Source: Candidatus Binatia bacterium (GTDB lineage Bacteria > Desulfobacterota > Binatia > UBA9968 > CAXXLF01). Taken from it: 64,000 nt of DNA. The stretch is from NCBI GenBank assembly GCA_963664015.2, contig CAXXLF010000001.1:256001-320000 (forward strand), read 5' to 3'. Shown here one piece after another: positions 1-9,621 of this stretch; the stretch's first letter is position 1, and each line of letters begins with the position of its first letter. The notes under the pieces were generated by a model, which saw only the letters and a program-made list of their open reading frames with translations, made no database searches and was not told the origin of the DNA. Made by a program: the position numbers and the translations under genes.

Positions 1-1044
1 GCCACTCCACGCCTCGTCCTCGCTCCTTTTCTGGGTGTACTCGTAGACCGTTATGACCGGTTGCGATTATTGATAGTCGTTCATTTCCTCTCCGCGATTC
101 CGATCTTGGGCCTGGTGACTATCTATTTCACAGGCGTAATGGAATTGTGGCACATTCTTGGCCTCGAGATCCTTTATTCAATCATTAAAGGCATTAATCC
201 ATCCGCATCCCAGTCGCTGATTCGAGAGCTCGTCCCCAAGGGGGAGATCATGAATGCGGTGGCTCTCTTCTCGGTTGCGTTTAATATCGCTCGTGTAGTG
301 GGCCCCTCCATCGGCGGTGTATTGATCATCTGGATAGGGCCCGGGGGATGTTTTCTCGTTAACGCAGCGGTTCTTTTAATTTCGGGATGGGGGCTGTTAT
401 TAATCCGTCTTACCAAAAGAGATCCGGGAAGCGGAGGAAAACATTTCCTGCGTGAAGTCAAAGAAGGGATCCGTTATATCTGGCATGAGCCGGTTATCTT
501 TTCCGGTATTGGAGCCGCATATATTCTTGCTATTTTCGTGACTACCTACCAGAGATTTCTCCCCATATTTGCGAAGGAGATCCTAAAGGTTGGACCCGCG
601 GGATTTGGAGTCCTGATGTCCGCCCCCGGGATCGGGGCCATCCTCTCGTTGACCTTCATTGCTAGCATGTCGGAAGATCGAAGGAAGGAAGTTATCCTCT
701 GGATCCTGGTAACGGTGCCACCAACATTTCTCATCCTCTTTTGTATGTCGGGAAGCTTCCCCCTTTCCGTAGCCTTGCTGGCCTGCATCGGTGCAGGCCA
801 GGCCGGCTATCGTACCATGACCCGAATCGTGATCCAAACACGGGTACCTTATGGCTTTTTGGGGAGAGTGATCAGCGTCTTTCAAATGGATCAAGGAATG
901 CGTTCCGTAGGATCCATGCTCATGGGAACCCTTGCCGCTTACCTGGGAGTCTCCCTCGGACTCACCGTGTCAGCCGTTGTCGGTCTCGCACTTAACTCAA
1001 CCCTGTACTATCGCCTTTTCAAGTCCGGGTTGAAAAGGTCTTAG
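1..1044 (+). CDS. MFS transporter (5'-partial, runs off window start)
   Basis: Frame is open from base 1 (ATPRLVLAPFLGVLVDRYDRLRLL, MFS motif A-like); many hydrophobic helices; RVVGPSIGG and GRVIS motifs. Confidence 0.9.
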   Translation, partial: ATPRLVLAPFLGVLVDRYDRLRLLIVVHFLSAIPILGLVTIYFTGVMELWHILGLEILYSIIKGINPSASQSLIRELVPKGEIMNAVALFSVAFNIARVVGPSIGGVLIIWIGPGGCFLVNAAVLLISGWGLLLIRLTKRDPGSGGKHFLREVKEGIRYIWHEPVIFSGIGAAYILAIFVTTYQRFLPIFAKEILKVGPAGFGVLMSAPGIGAILSLTFIASMSEDRRKEVILWILVTVPPTFLILFCMSGSFPLSVALLACIGAGQAGYRTMTRIVIQTRVPYGFLGRVISVFQMDQGMRSVGSMLMGTLAAYLGVSLGLTVSAVVGLALNSTLYYRLFKSGLKRS

Positions 1045-1176
1045 CTTCTCGATTCATGCGCCGTTAACCTTGATGGGTCCTCGATCCACCCACTCCTACC
1101 GCCAACGGATTGGATCTTCTGATTCATGGGAGAGAAGTGAGGCAAGTTAGAAAAGTCAGAAAAGTTAGGTGAAAGG

Positions 1177-2598
1177 TCAGAAAAGGTCGGACCACTTCTC
1201 TAAAACCTTTTTCCTCAGTTCGGGACTCGCGATGTTGGTCTTGGGAAAGTCTTTGATCCAGTGGTACGGTTTGCAGGCGATGATAATCGCCCGTGAACTG
1301 GTGAAGTCTCCGTGCGCCTTCCGGTCAGGAGCAATGCGCGGATCCAAGGCACTTGACGTGCAGCCCTTGAGAACCGTAAGCGTAGTCTCAGGGTCGCAAC
1401 GGGTTCCGATGGCCCAGAGGACGTCCTCTGGATCGCGGGGGTTGATATCTTCATCCACAACCACAACAAAACGCCCCATGTAATTTCCTGACGCGGCCAG
1501 CGCCACCCTCATGGCATGTCCGGGATAGCGCTGACGGATCTGCACCACAGTGAAGCCGGGGATGGCAAGATGCCAGGCGTCAAGAATATCTTCCAACCCC
1601 TCCTTCTGCAGGCTCTCTTTGACATTCTTTGCTTTCATGGGCAGCCCAAAATGCAGTGTCGGCCTACGGTATTTCTTAGGGGGCATCCCGAGAATAATCG
1701 GGTCATTACGATGATAGAGAGCCTTCACCCTGATCACGGGTTCCGGTCTGGAGCCCGATGCAAAGTACCCGGTCCATTCCCCAAAGGGCCCCTCATTTCG
1801 AGTCTCGACATCTGGTGGCGGCACCTCCCCTGCAATAACGATCTCGGCTGTGGCGGGGATGGGGAGGCCCGTGGTCGATTCGTGGATGATCTCCACGGGT
1901 TCTCCGCGCACGTGGCCGATTAGGTCATACTTGTTAGGGCCACGGTTCTCTCCAAAAAAATAGGCCGCGCCCAGGAACAAGGTCGGATCCTGCCCCATGG
2001 ATACCGCCACGGGACAGCTTTGACCCCGCGCCCAGTATTTCTTTTCAATAATGGCTCCCTTATGGGAAGGGGTAATATAAAGTCCCGCTAGATTTTTTCC
2101 ACTGACCATTACCCGGTAGCAGCTGAAATTGATGAGGCCGCTCTCGGGATCCTTCATAATGACCATGCAACCGGTACCGATATATCGCCCTCCGTCCCCC
2201 TCGTGCCACTTGGGAGTGGGAAACTTCCACAGATCGATTTCGTCACCCTGGAACGAGTTCTCAAGAACCGGCCCGGTCTTCACCTCTACCGGTGGTACCG
2301 GGCGATAGGAAGAAAAGACCTTTTTATAGTACTCCTCCATTGCCGTATCCACGTCCAAATCCAGTGGAAGATCAACCGCCAGAAGCGCGCGGCGTAGCGG
2401 GTCCATGGCATTGGTCAAGACCCGATACCCCTCCGGATAATCTTTAATTTGATCGAACAGGAGGGCCGGGCCCAACCGTTCATAGTTGAGCTCATCAAGG
2501 GTACCGATCTCTAGATCCCAGTCTGCACCACAGACCGTTTCCAGCTCATTGTTCCGCTCTAAAGCCGCGATAAACTCTCTAAGATCTCTAAACGGCAC
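1177..2598 (-). CDS. UbiD family (prFMN-dependent) decarboxylase
   Basis: DLREFIAALE start, HEGDGGRYIGT, EGPFGEWTGY, VVVVDEDI, WAIGTRCDP motifs. Confidence 0.93.
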   Translation of the reverse strand: MPFRDLREFIAALERNNELETVCGADWDLEIGTLDELNYERLGPALLFDQIKDYPEGYRVLTNAMDPLRRALLAVDLPLDLDVDTAMEEYYKKVFSSYRPVPPVEVKTGPVLENSFQGDEIDLWKFPTPKWHEGDGGRYIGTGCMVIMKDPESGLINFSCYRVMVSGKNLAGLYITPSHKGAIIEKKYWARGQSCPVAVSMGQDPTLFLGAAYFFGENRGPNKYDLIGHVRGEPVEIIHESTTGLPIPATAEIVIAGEVPPPDVETRNEGPFGEWTGYFASGSRPEPVIRVKALYHRNDPIILGMPPKKYRRPTLHFGLPMKAKNVKESLQKEGLEDILDAWHLAIPGFTVVQIRQRYPGHAMRVALAASGNYMGRFVVVVDEDINPRDPEDVLWAIGTRCDPETTLTVLKGCTSSALDPRIAPDRKAHGDFTSSRAIIIACKPYHWIKDFPKTNIASPELRKKVLEKWSDLF

Positions 2599-3000
2599 GA
2601 TCCTCTCATTCCGACGAGTGATTACTCAACACAACTCCTCTGAATCACACAAATAGTCAAGAGCAAGCCATAAACTTCGAGAATAGCGAAAAAAGAGAAC
2701 CGGGAAGAGGGCAACAAATGGAATCCACCGTGCGAGCTTCAGAGCAAGGGTCATGTGGATATAATAGTCCAGTATCCAATACCCGGGCAAGGCGATTCAT
2801 GAACCACGTTCTCGCACCATGTTGGCAGACAACCGACCCGGAACTATATGCCATCGAGATCGGAACGAGTGCGAACAGCGAAATACATCGATGCTTCGAT
2901 ACGTCACTCGAAGATTAACTGCCAAAGACAATCTCAGTTGACCTAAACATTTTCCTATCTCTTAGTCGAAGCCGAGGTGAACAGGTTAAAGTTAAAGCAT

Positions 3001-3224
3001 GAAGCCTCCACGGGCTTACGCCCGTGGAATCCTCCCTTTCTTCGGCGGAATCCGCCGAAGCACCCTCCTTGCCTACTCCGCCAAAGCCGCCGCTTCGGCT
3101 GCGAAGGCCGGGCGCTCTTCGAGATTCGGCCCGTCGTCCGAAGGCTTTGGGCCGCAGGGCGGACGGTCTGTCCATCGCATTCATCCATGGGCTTACGCCC
3201 ATGGTCTTCTGAGAAGACGGATAA
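3001..3224. mobile_element. Small non-coding hairpin-ended element, IS200/IS605-derived (PATE/MITE-like)
   Basis: Terminal hairpins CCACGGGC-TTAC-GCCCGTGG (3008-3027) and CCATGGGC-TTAC-GCCCATGG (3185-3204); internal perfect 10-bp inverted repeat 3040-3060; left end recurs at 37390-37428 (35/39 nt). Confidence 0.6.
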
Positions 3225-3387
3225 GTTACTACAACACGGAAACACCGGGAAACAGTTAGAAACACTCAAGTCCTATCGTAATATCATTGACGAAACACAA
3301 AGGCAAGATGGCCACGCCCACGAATCGCTGCTGCTTACAGCGAAAGTAAATCCGCCAACGACCTGTGAATTCATCAAGAATATTATT

Positions 3388-3867
3388 TCAGCCGCGGCAG
3401 ACCACCCCAAGAGTGGAGTCGATTACTCGCTGTCCCTGGGTTGATGTGATCTTTTTGCGCTGGATCATAAGGTCGGCCTTTATGATGAACTCCTCCAGCT
3501 GGTTGGATACTTCGAGAGCATTCACTGCGTCGCCCTGAAACCGGACTGATTGTAGTTTGAAAATAAAAGCGTCCCCTTGGTCATGAATGAGCACTCCATC
3601 GATGGCTAGGGCCTCAAGGGTAGCAATAACGAATCCAATCTGTTCTGGTGTCTGAGCCAGACAAAACACGTGGGGCTCCCAACCGGGCTGGCTACGATAA
3701 GCATAGGATCCGATGAGTGCAGGTTCCTCGGAAATGGTTGCAGGGAGCGCGGATCGGTCACTCCCGACCTTGTCCGGAGCTATGAGATTTTTGGGGCCCG
3801 CAGCGTAGAGAGATACTGCGAAGGCCATAGGACAGATGATTGAGGAGACTAACGCGAAAGACTTCAT
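3388..3867 (-). CDS. Secreted hypothetical protein, C-terminal FIMAH-like helical domain
   Basis: N-terminal signal-like stretch; C-terminal SNQLEEFIIKADLMIQRKKITSTQGQRVID pattern resembles FIMAH (by eye). Confidence 0.5.
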   Translation of the reverse strand: MKSFALVSSIICPMAFAVSLYAAGPKNLIAPDKVGSDRSALPATISEEPALIGSYAYRSQPGWEPHVFCLAQTPEQIGFVIATLEALAIDGVLIHDQGDAFIFKLQSVRFQGDAVNALEVSNQLEEFIIKADLMIQRKKITSTQGQRVIDSTLGVVCRG

Positions 3868-4161
3868 GAATGTTCCTTTGGTCCGAACTTCTAGTAAAGA
3901 GCAGGATGGCTGTCAATAGGATTGCACAGGCATAGTTATCTCCTGTGTCACAATTAGGAACAGCAGGGATCAATTGGGAGGATTAAGGCTTACCAGGGTT
4001 GAGATTGGGTAAAATCTTGTTTGAAACAATCTCAAGAGAGCCTGGACAAATTGGCAGACGGGGATATTTTCGGATTCCCATGAGCACCCTCAATTTCGAA
4101 TCGCACGAGGATTAGGATATGACTGATTTGTTGTTGAGCCTTAGAAGCTTAATGGCAGCGC

Positions 4162-4833
4162 TTATTTCTTCCATAAGGTCTCATACTGATACCACTTGCG
4201 GCATTGGAAGCGATGTTCGCATTGGCGCAGCTGTTTACCATAATCCTTCGCCCGTCGATTCACTTCGCTCGCGGCGCGAACCACTTTCGGCTTCTTATGA
4301 TAACTGCCTCGCCGGTAGCCGCCGTAGCCTTCGTGGTAAGCGAGGTAAAGAGGTTGAGTATCCTCCCTGGAGACACCCAACCGTTTGTTGCTTCCGTGAT
4401 TAAACCAGCCAATGAAATCCAAGGTATCTTCGATATCATTTCGGCTCTTGAATGGGGCACCGGTTTCAGCGGTGTAATCCTCCCAGGTGGAATCCTGAAT
4501 TTGGGCGTACCCCTTAGCGGAGGACTTTCGTCCAACGGGAAGAAACCACAACCACTGGGAAGGAGGCATAGCATCATGCCTGAACGAGGATTCCCTCTGG
4601 ATAAACGCCATGAGGATATAGGCTGGGGTCCCCCATTTGGCTTCGGAGGCCTGGGCGTAATCATACCAGGAAGGGTTTTGATCAAAGACGGCACAGATAT
4701 TTTCTTGAATTTTGGGCGGAGACACGCCACAACCGGCCAGCAAACAGGCCAACAAGACGATGCTGATGAACTGCTTTGTGCCGACGGCAATAAGAACTCG
4801 CCTTATATCCACCACACACAATCTTGCGCTCAA
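4162..4833 (-). CDS. Lytic transglycosylase SLT-domain lipoprotein
   Basis: Lipobox LLAGC; MAFIQRESSF catalytic Glu motif; SSAKGYAQ; YLAYHEG; start codon uncertain. Confidence 0.85.
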   Translation of the reverse strand: MSARLCVVDIRRVLIAVGTKQFISIVLLACLLAGCGVSPPKIQENICAVFDQNPSWYDYAQASEAKWGTPAYILMAFIQRESSFRHDAMPPSQWLWFLPVGRKSSAKGYAQIQDSTWEDYTAETGAPFKSRNDIEDTLDFIGWFNHGSNKRLGVSREDTQPLYLAYHEGYGGYRRGSYHKKPKVVRAASEVNRRAKDYGKQLRQCEHRFQCRKWYQYETLWKK

Positions 4834-4900
4834 GAAGATGTCAAGTGCAATAGAGGCTGAAGCTTGTTAACTCTAGATTCGGGCGATGGATTAAAAAGAA

Positions 4901-4992
4901 TGGCGGAGAGGGAGGGATTCGAACCCCCGTTACCCTTACGGGTAAACCTGATTTCGAGTCAGGCGCCTTCAACCGGGCTCGGCCACCTCTCC
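4901..4992 (-). tRNA. tRNA-Ser(CGA)
   Basis: Minus strand GGAGAGG...CCTGA-CTCGAAA-TCAGG anticodon arm, long variable arm, GTTCGAATCC, CCA end. Confidence 0.97.
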
Positions 4993-5016
4993 CCGGGGGA
5001 TACGGACGGTCTCAAA

Positions 5017-5511
5017 CTAAGCGAGAATTTCGTTTCGGCTCCTAAGACTGTTAAAAAAACCACTCAGAAGCTCGGAGCATTCTTTTCTTAAGACACCTTG
5101 GGTGATGTCCAGACGATGGTTGAGGCGAGGGTCATTGCAAATTTGATAAAGGGATTCCACCCCTCCCCCCTTGGAATCCAGGCATCCAAATACCAGACGG
5201 GAAACCCGCGCTTGAACCAAGGCGCCCGCGCACATAATGCAGGGCTCTAGGGTAACGTACAAAGTGCACTCCTCAAGACGCCAGCACTTGAGTGCTTGAG
5301 AGGCCTCCCTCAACGCCAGGATCTCTGCATGGGCAGTCGGTTCTTGCCGTTCTTCGCGCCGATTGTATCCTTTACCGATGATCGTGTCCTCATAGACCAC
5401 CAAGGCCCCGACCGGAACTTCGTTCTTGACCAGGCCCTTGCAGGCCTCTCGCAAAGCAAGCTGCATATAGGATCGGTCTTGTTCGTCCTGCTTGGCCGCG
5501 CTGTCGTCCAT
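5017..5511 (-). CDS. tadA: tRNA adenosine(34) deaminase
   Basis: EVPVGA, PTAHAEILALREA, LYVTLEPCIMCAGA, LNHR motifs. Confidence 0.95.
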   Translation of the reverse strand: MDDSAAKQDEQDRSYMQLALREACKGLVKNEVPVGALVVYEDTIIGKGYNRREERQEPTAHAEILALREASQALKCWRLEECTLYVTLEPCIMCAGALVQARVSRLVFGCLDSKGGGVESLYQICNDPRLNHRLDITQGVLRKECSELLSGFFNSLRSRNEILA

Positions 5512-5604
5512 GTCCTCTACGGTATCACAAAAACCCTGGAATCCTAAATCTGCGAAATACAGGGGGAACCTTCTCCCCTCCTGCGGTGAATCCTACGCTA
5601 TCGA

Positions 5605-6483
5605 TCAACCCGGTTTTCCGCCGCTTAAAAATTTCAAAACTACTTCGTCGTGCTCTGCCGGGTGCTCCCATTGGGGCCAATGGGCCGCATCGGCCATACA
5701 ATAAAACTCGCTCCCTGGAATAAGAGAATGAACGTATTCACCAACATTACGACCGGAACCGGGATTTTTATCGCTCCAGAAAACCAGGGTCTGGGCCTTG
5801 ATCTCCCTGAGACGCTCTTCGGGAATAAAAAAACCTGCTGAATCCCCATCACCAAAAGAGTTACTAAACACATCCGTTAGGGCACGTTGGGTCTCCGGGT
5901 GACTATAAATTTTGTGGCGCACCTCTACCAGCTCGTCGGTAACCCGGTCAGGGGCGGCCATGAGCCACTCGAGCCTTTTACGAATGGTTTCCTTATTGGG
6001 ATCCTTGATAGCAGATAAGGAACGTTCCCTAAGCAGGAGTCGTCCCTCTGCCGGTACCTCCTTGACGACGCCCGGCTTGAAGCGCACACCCGCTGTCGTA
6101 TTCAAAATCAGTTTGTTCAATCGATCGGGATAATGCAGGGCAAACCAGAGGGCAGTCCAACCACCGAGGGATTCGCCTTCAACGTGGGCCTTATCAATAC
6201 CCAAAGAGTCCAGAAGGTCAACGATTTGCTGGGCGTAAGTAGGAACCGATTGACTATTATAGGGGATTTTTGAGGAAAAGCCGTGCCAAACCAGATCCAT
6301 AGCCATCACATGGTATTTTTGCCCCAATCGAACAATGTTCCGACTGTATGCTTCCGCATGGCCTCCGACACCATGAATCAATACCAAAGGCTCACCATCG
6401 CCGGCCTCGATAACCCGCGTCTTGAATTCTTTGCCATAATACCGAACCTGACTCCCCAGCAGATCAACCCACATTGTCGACAT
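5605..6483 (-). CDS. Alpha/beta-fold hydrolase, meta-cleavage-product hydrolase-like
   Basis: LIHGVGG oxyanion motif, GESLGG nucleophile, AAHWPQWEHP His motif. Confidence 0.88.
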   Translation of the reverse strand: MSTMWVDLLGSQVRYYGKEFKTRVIEAGDGEPLVLIHGVGGHAEAYSRNIVRLGQKYHVMAMDLVWHGFSSKIPYNSQSVPTYAQQIVDLLDSLGIDKAHVEGESLGGWTALWFALHYPDRLNKLILNTTAGVRFKPGVVKEVPAEGRLLLRERSLSAIKDPNKETIRKRLEWLMAAPDRVTDELVEVRHKIYSHPETQRALTDVFSNSFGDGDSAGFFIPEERLREIKAQTLVFWSDKNPGSGRNVGEYVHSLIPGSEFYCMADAAHWPQWEHPAEHDEVVLKFLSGGKPG

Positions 6484-6792
6484 AATTCATCCTTCCCAGC
6501 GATCTCTCACTCAACACATCCGTGTTACACATCTCAGCTTTACATGATGAAGCTACCACGGGATAACGCCCATGGTATTCTTCCTTATCTTCGGCGGAAT
6601 TCGCGATCGCACCCGCCTTCCCAGTTGCCCATGATCTATTCCACTTTTGATATTCACCTGTCAAACTGAGAGACAAGCATAATTTTGTTCCAATCCACAA
6701 GTCAAACGAGCTCCCCCTACACTAAACATATAACGCGGAACACATTGAAAAGCATTTGAAAAAAACGTAGGCGGGACAAACCGATTGGGGCT

Positions 6793-7554
6793 CTATAATG
6801 ATCCTGCGAGGCGGGCCCTTCCTGCGGTGACACCTCCATCCAGGACAAAGGTGGCTCCCGTAATCTGTTCCGCATGAACCGATGCCAAATAGTGTACCAA
6901 CTCGGCAACTTCTTGTGGTAGACCGACCCTGCCAAGGGGAATTTGACTGGCAACCCGCTTCCGAATCCTGGGCGGAACCATCGGCGTATTGACAGCACCC
7001 GGACAGACACAATTGGCTCGAATCCTCGAAGGGGCCAGTTCCAGGGCAAGGACCTTTGTCAGCATAACGAGGGCCGCTTTCGACACGCAGTAGGCTGATC
7101 CACCGGCATAACCCACCAGGCCCCCCGTAGAGGCTACGTTAACAATACAGCCCTTGGCCTTTTTTAGGTACGGCAAAGCCATACGGGTAAGAACAAACGC
7201 GCCTCGGGCATTAACCGACATGACCTCATCCCAGTCCGCCAGGGTAAGCTCCTCTATGGTGCCAATCTTTTGAATCCCGGCATTATTGCAGAGAACGTCC
7301 AGTCGGCCCAGGCATCCTGGCCCCTGCACCATAACCTGCCGCAAGCCCTCTTCCTTACCAACGTCGGCGCAAACGAAAATAGGACGCAACCCATATTTTT
7401 TTAATATTTCGGCAGCTGCCTTTTCTCCTCTGCGCTGGTTACGGCCGCAGAAGACCAGGTCATAGCCCTCCCGGGCAAAACGATGCAAAATCGCCAGGCC
7501 AATTCCAGAGGTGCCCCCAGTTACGAGGGCAACGGGTCTTTTTTTCTTAGCCAA
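6793..7554 (-). CDS. SDR family oxidoreductase
   Basis: TGGTSGIG, NNAGI, YCVSK, CPGAVNTPM. Confidence 0.93.
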   Translation of the reverse strand: MAKKKRPVALVTGGTSGIGLAILHRFAREGYDLVFCGRNQRRGEKAAAEILKKYGLRPIFVCADVGKEEGLRQVMVQGPGCLGRLDVLCNNAGIQKIGTIEELTLADWDEVMSVNARGAFVLTRMALPYLKKAKGCIVNVASTGGLVGYAGGSAYCVSKAALVMLTKVLALELAPSRIRANCVCPGAVNTPMVPPRIRKRVASQIPLGRVGLPQEVAELVHYLASVHAEQITGATFVLDGGVTAGRARLAGSL

Positions 7555-7624
7555 ATTCCTTGACGCCTTAAAGCAGCTGCCTGTTAACCGTCGACTGTAT
7601 TAAGCTCTTATGCCGCCCGCACCT

Positions 7625-8692
7625 TTATTGGATTGCCAGGGCGTAAATAATAGGGAACTGAAGGGGGATCTTTTCCCAATGGTCCCCACGATCGCGGCTG
7701 TTAAAGATCTCTCCCTCATTTAACTTGATAAACCGGGCCCCTTCACCGCCGGTCCCGATATACACATGGTCCATATGATCCGGGTCGAAATCGATGCATT
7801 CCACCATACTCAAAAACGGCTGGGGAAGACCCGACTGTAGCAGCTGCCAACTCTGGCCCCCATCGGAACTCCGCATCAGTGCCCCGTTGGCCTTATTGGC
7901 ACGGTTTAACCAAACCGGAGGAGGCTCCTCTGCCACGCCAACGTAAAGGGTTTGCGAATCATCAGGGTGAACCCGTACCGGCACCGAATAGGTCCGGGTA
8001 AAATCTTTTGTAATGCACTGCCATGACTTCCCGCCGTCGCCGGAGCGGTACAGGGGCCGACCCTTAGGAAAGGGTGTCGGATCGGGAAAGTTCTCCCCTC
8101 CTCCCGTTGCGGCGTAAAGGACGTCTCGGACTCCAGCATCAGAAATGATACTATGAACGTCCATATCAATGGTTTCTCTGAAATCGCTCCAGGACGAACC
8201 TCCATCGTCACTCATGGCAATGCCCCCCACCTGGGCGGCCACCCAGATTCGCTTGGGGTTGTTCTTGTCCAGGGTAATGCAGCGCACGTGAGGTTCTATA
8301 TTGGGCACGGGATACGTCCAGCCCCTCCCGGTAGCCAACGTTCTTAGCCCGACCACTTCAGACCAGCTCTGGCCCCGATCCTCACTCTTCCAAAGAGCCG
8401 GTGGCTCGGTCCCGACATAGACGATATCCGGGTTTGAGGGGTCCAACGTCAGGGCACGTACCTTATCGGAAAAGACACCACCACCCAGCCTTTTCCAGGT
8501 TTGCCCCCCGTCATCACTTCGGTTGAGGCCTCCGCCCCGAATACCGGTGTAAATCACATCGCGGTCGCGAGGATCAATGACAATGGCGTTGACCTCTGCC
8601 CCGGCGAGCTCTTTTCCCTCAAGGGCCCATTTTCCACTGGTATGAGTAACCTTGAAGATCCCGTCCAGTGTCCCGACGAAGAGAGCCTTCAT
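7625..8692 (-). CDS. BNR/Asp-box beta-propeller protein
   Basis: Repeated SxDGGxxW Asp-boxes (SDDGGQTW, SEDRGQSW, SDDGGSSW, SGDGGKSW, SSDGGQSW, SRDRGDHW); ATG at 8692 with RBS. Confidence 0.85.
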   Translation of the reverse strand: MKALFVGTLDGIFKVTHTSGKWALEGKELAGAEVNAIVIDPRDRDVIYTGIRGGGLNRSDDGGQTWKRLGGGVFSDKVRALTLDPSNPDIVYVGTEPPALWKSEDRGQSWSEVVGLRTLATGRGWTYPVPNIEPHVRCITLDKNNPKRIWVAAQVGGIAMSDDGGSSWSDFRETIDMDVHSIISDAGVRDVLYAATGGGENFPDPTPFPKGRPLYRSGDGGKSWQCITKDFTRTYSVPVRVHPDDSQTLYVGVAEEPPPVWLNRANKANGALMRSSDGGQSWQLLQSGLPQPFLSMVECIDFDPDHMDHVYIGTGGEGARFIKLNEGEIFNSRDRGDHWEKIPLQFPIIYALAIQ

Positions 8693-8874
8693 GACTCTAT
8701 TTCCTTTCAATACGGTAATGATCAGAAACGAATGGCAACACCCGGCAACGAGCGACTAGTCGTCATTTATCACGCACACTGGGCTAATCGTTATTACCCA
8801 TTACGACTCTATTGCCAATCGTTACTTTTTTGATCGTTTCTATCCCCCAACCCTTTCCCTCTCCGCCTCTGTCT

Positions 8875-9591
8875 CTATTTCTTTCCCGCCGCAATCGCCA
8901 TGTCGCCGAGATAGTCATAAATATAACGAAAGATATCGATGCTCTCTCTCACCGCGGCCAGCGCGGCATCGGCTTCTTGCTTACTGTGAGCATTTTCCAC
9001 GATGATCCGGATGGTCTCCTCCGCATGGCCCCCTTCATCAGGGTCCGCCGCGTCAGCCGCCTCCCAATGGGTCAGCGACTTCCTGTCCAGACTGAGTCCC
9101 TCCCAGTTTTTACGCGAGTTCAACGGCTTCTTCCCGTAACGAGCCGCCAACTCACCGTGGTTGGTCAGCTCCAGGGCCCCCACTGCGGCAAAGCCTTCGA
9201 GCCAGGGCCGCGTGCGGCTGACATTGTCCCAGTAATGGATTCCCATCTTCATGGGGATGCATGGCACGTAGTTCAGGATCTCCTCGCGGGAAAGTCCCAG
9301 CCCCTGTCCGAACTTCACCATGCTGCCGTAATGGGTATCGTCAATGGTTGGATCATGGACCTCTTCCACGTAGATATTACCGATGATGTACTGGCGCACA
9401 TTGAGATGGGGGCAGTTGCCAATTACGTTTCCAAACCAGCGAGGAAAATGGGCGGCAAAGAAAGTATGCTCCGGTGCGAAGATTTTGGCACCATCTCGAT
9501 TTAAGTGGTGGCTGACAAACTCGATCATGCGAGGTGACTTTTCCCACCACGATTCAGCTACCGCGTCTAGGATATCCTTTCGTTGCACCAT
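8875..9591 (-). CDS. Heme-oxygenase-like (PqqC/CADD/TenA-fold) iron-containing redox enzyme
   Basis: NIYVEEVHDPTIDDTHY, FGQGLGLSREEI, GALE, DEGGHAE pattern typical of the fold. Confidence 0.8.
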   Translation of the reverse strand: MVQRKDILDAVAESWWEKSPRMIEFVSHHLNRDGAKIFAPEHTFFAAHFPRWFGNVIGNCPHLNVRQYIIGNIYVEEVHDPTIDDTHYGSMVKFGQGLGLSREEILNYVPCIPMKMGIHYWDNVSRTRPWLEGFAAVGALELTNHGELAARYGKKPLNSRKNWEGLSLDRKSLTHWEAADAADPDEGGHAEETIRIIVENAHSKQEADAALAAVRESIDIFRYIYDYLGDMAIAAGKK

Positions 9592-9621
9592 AAAAAGCCT
9601 CTCCCTATGCTCCTATGATTC

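Noticed and set aside
1144-1190. Imperfect 9-bp tandem (AAAAGTYAG-like) at the UbiD 3' end
   Set aside because: Short, degenerate and without unique spacers; not a CRISPR array and no function can be supported
2915-3444. Several overlapping ORFs on both strands
   Set aside because: They are readings through the GC-rich hairpin element and show no protein-family motifs
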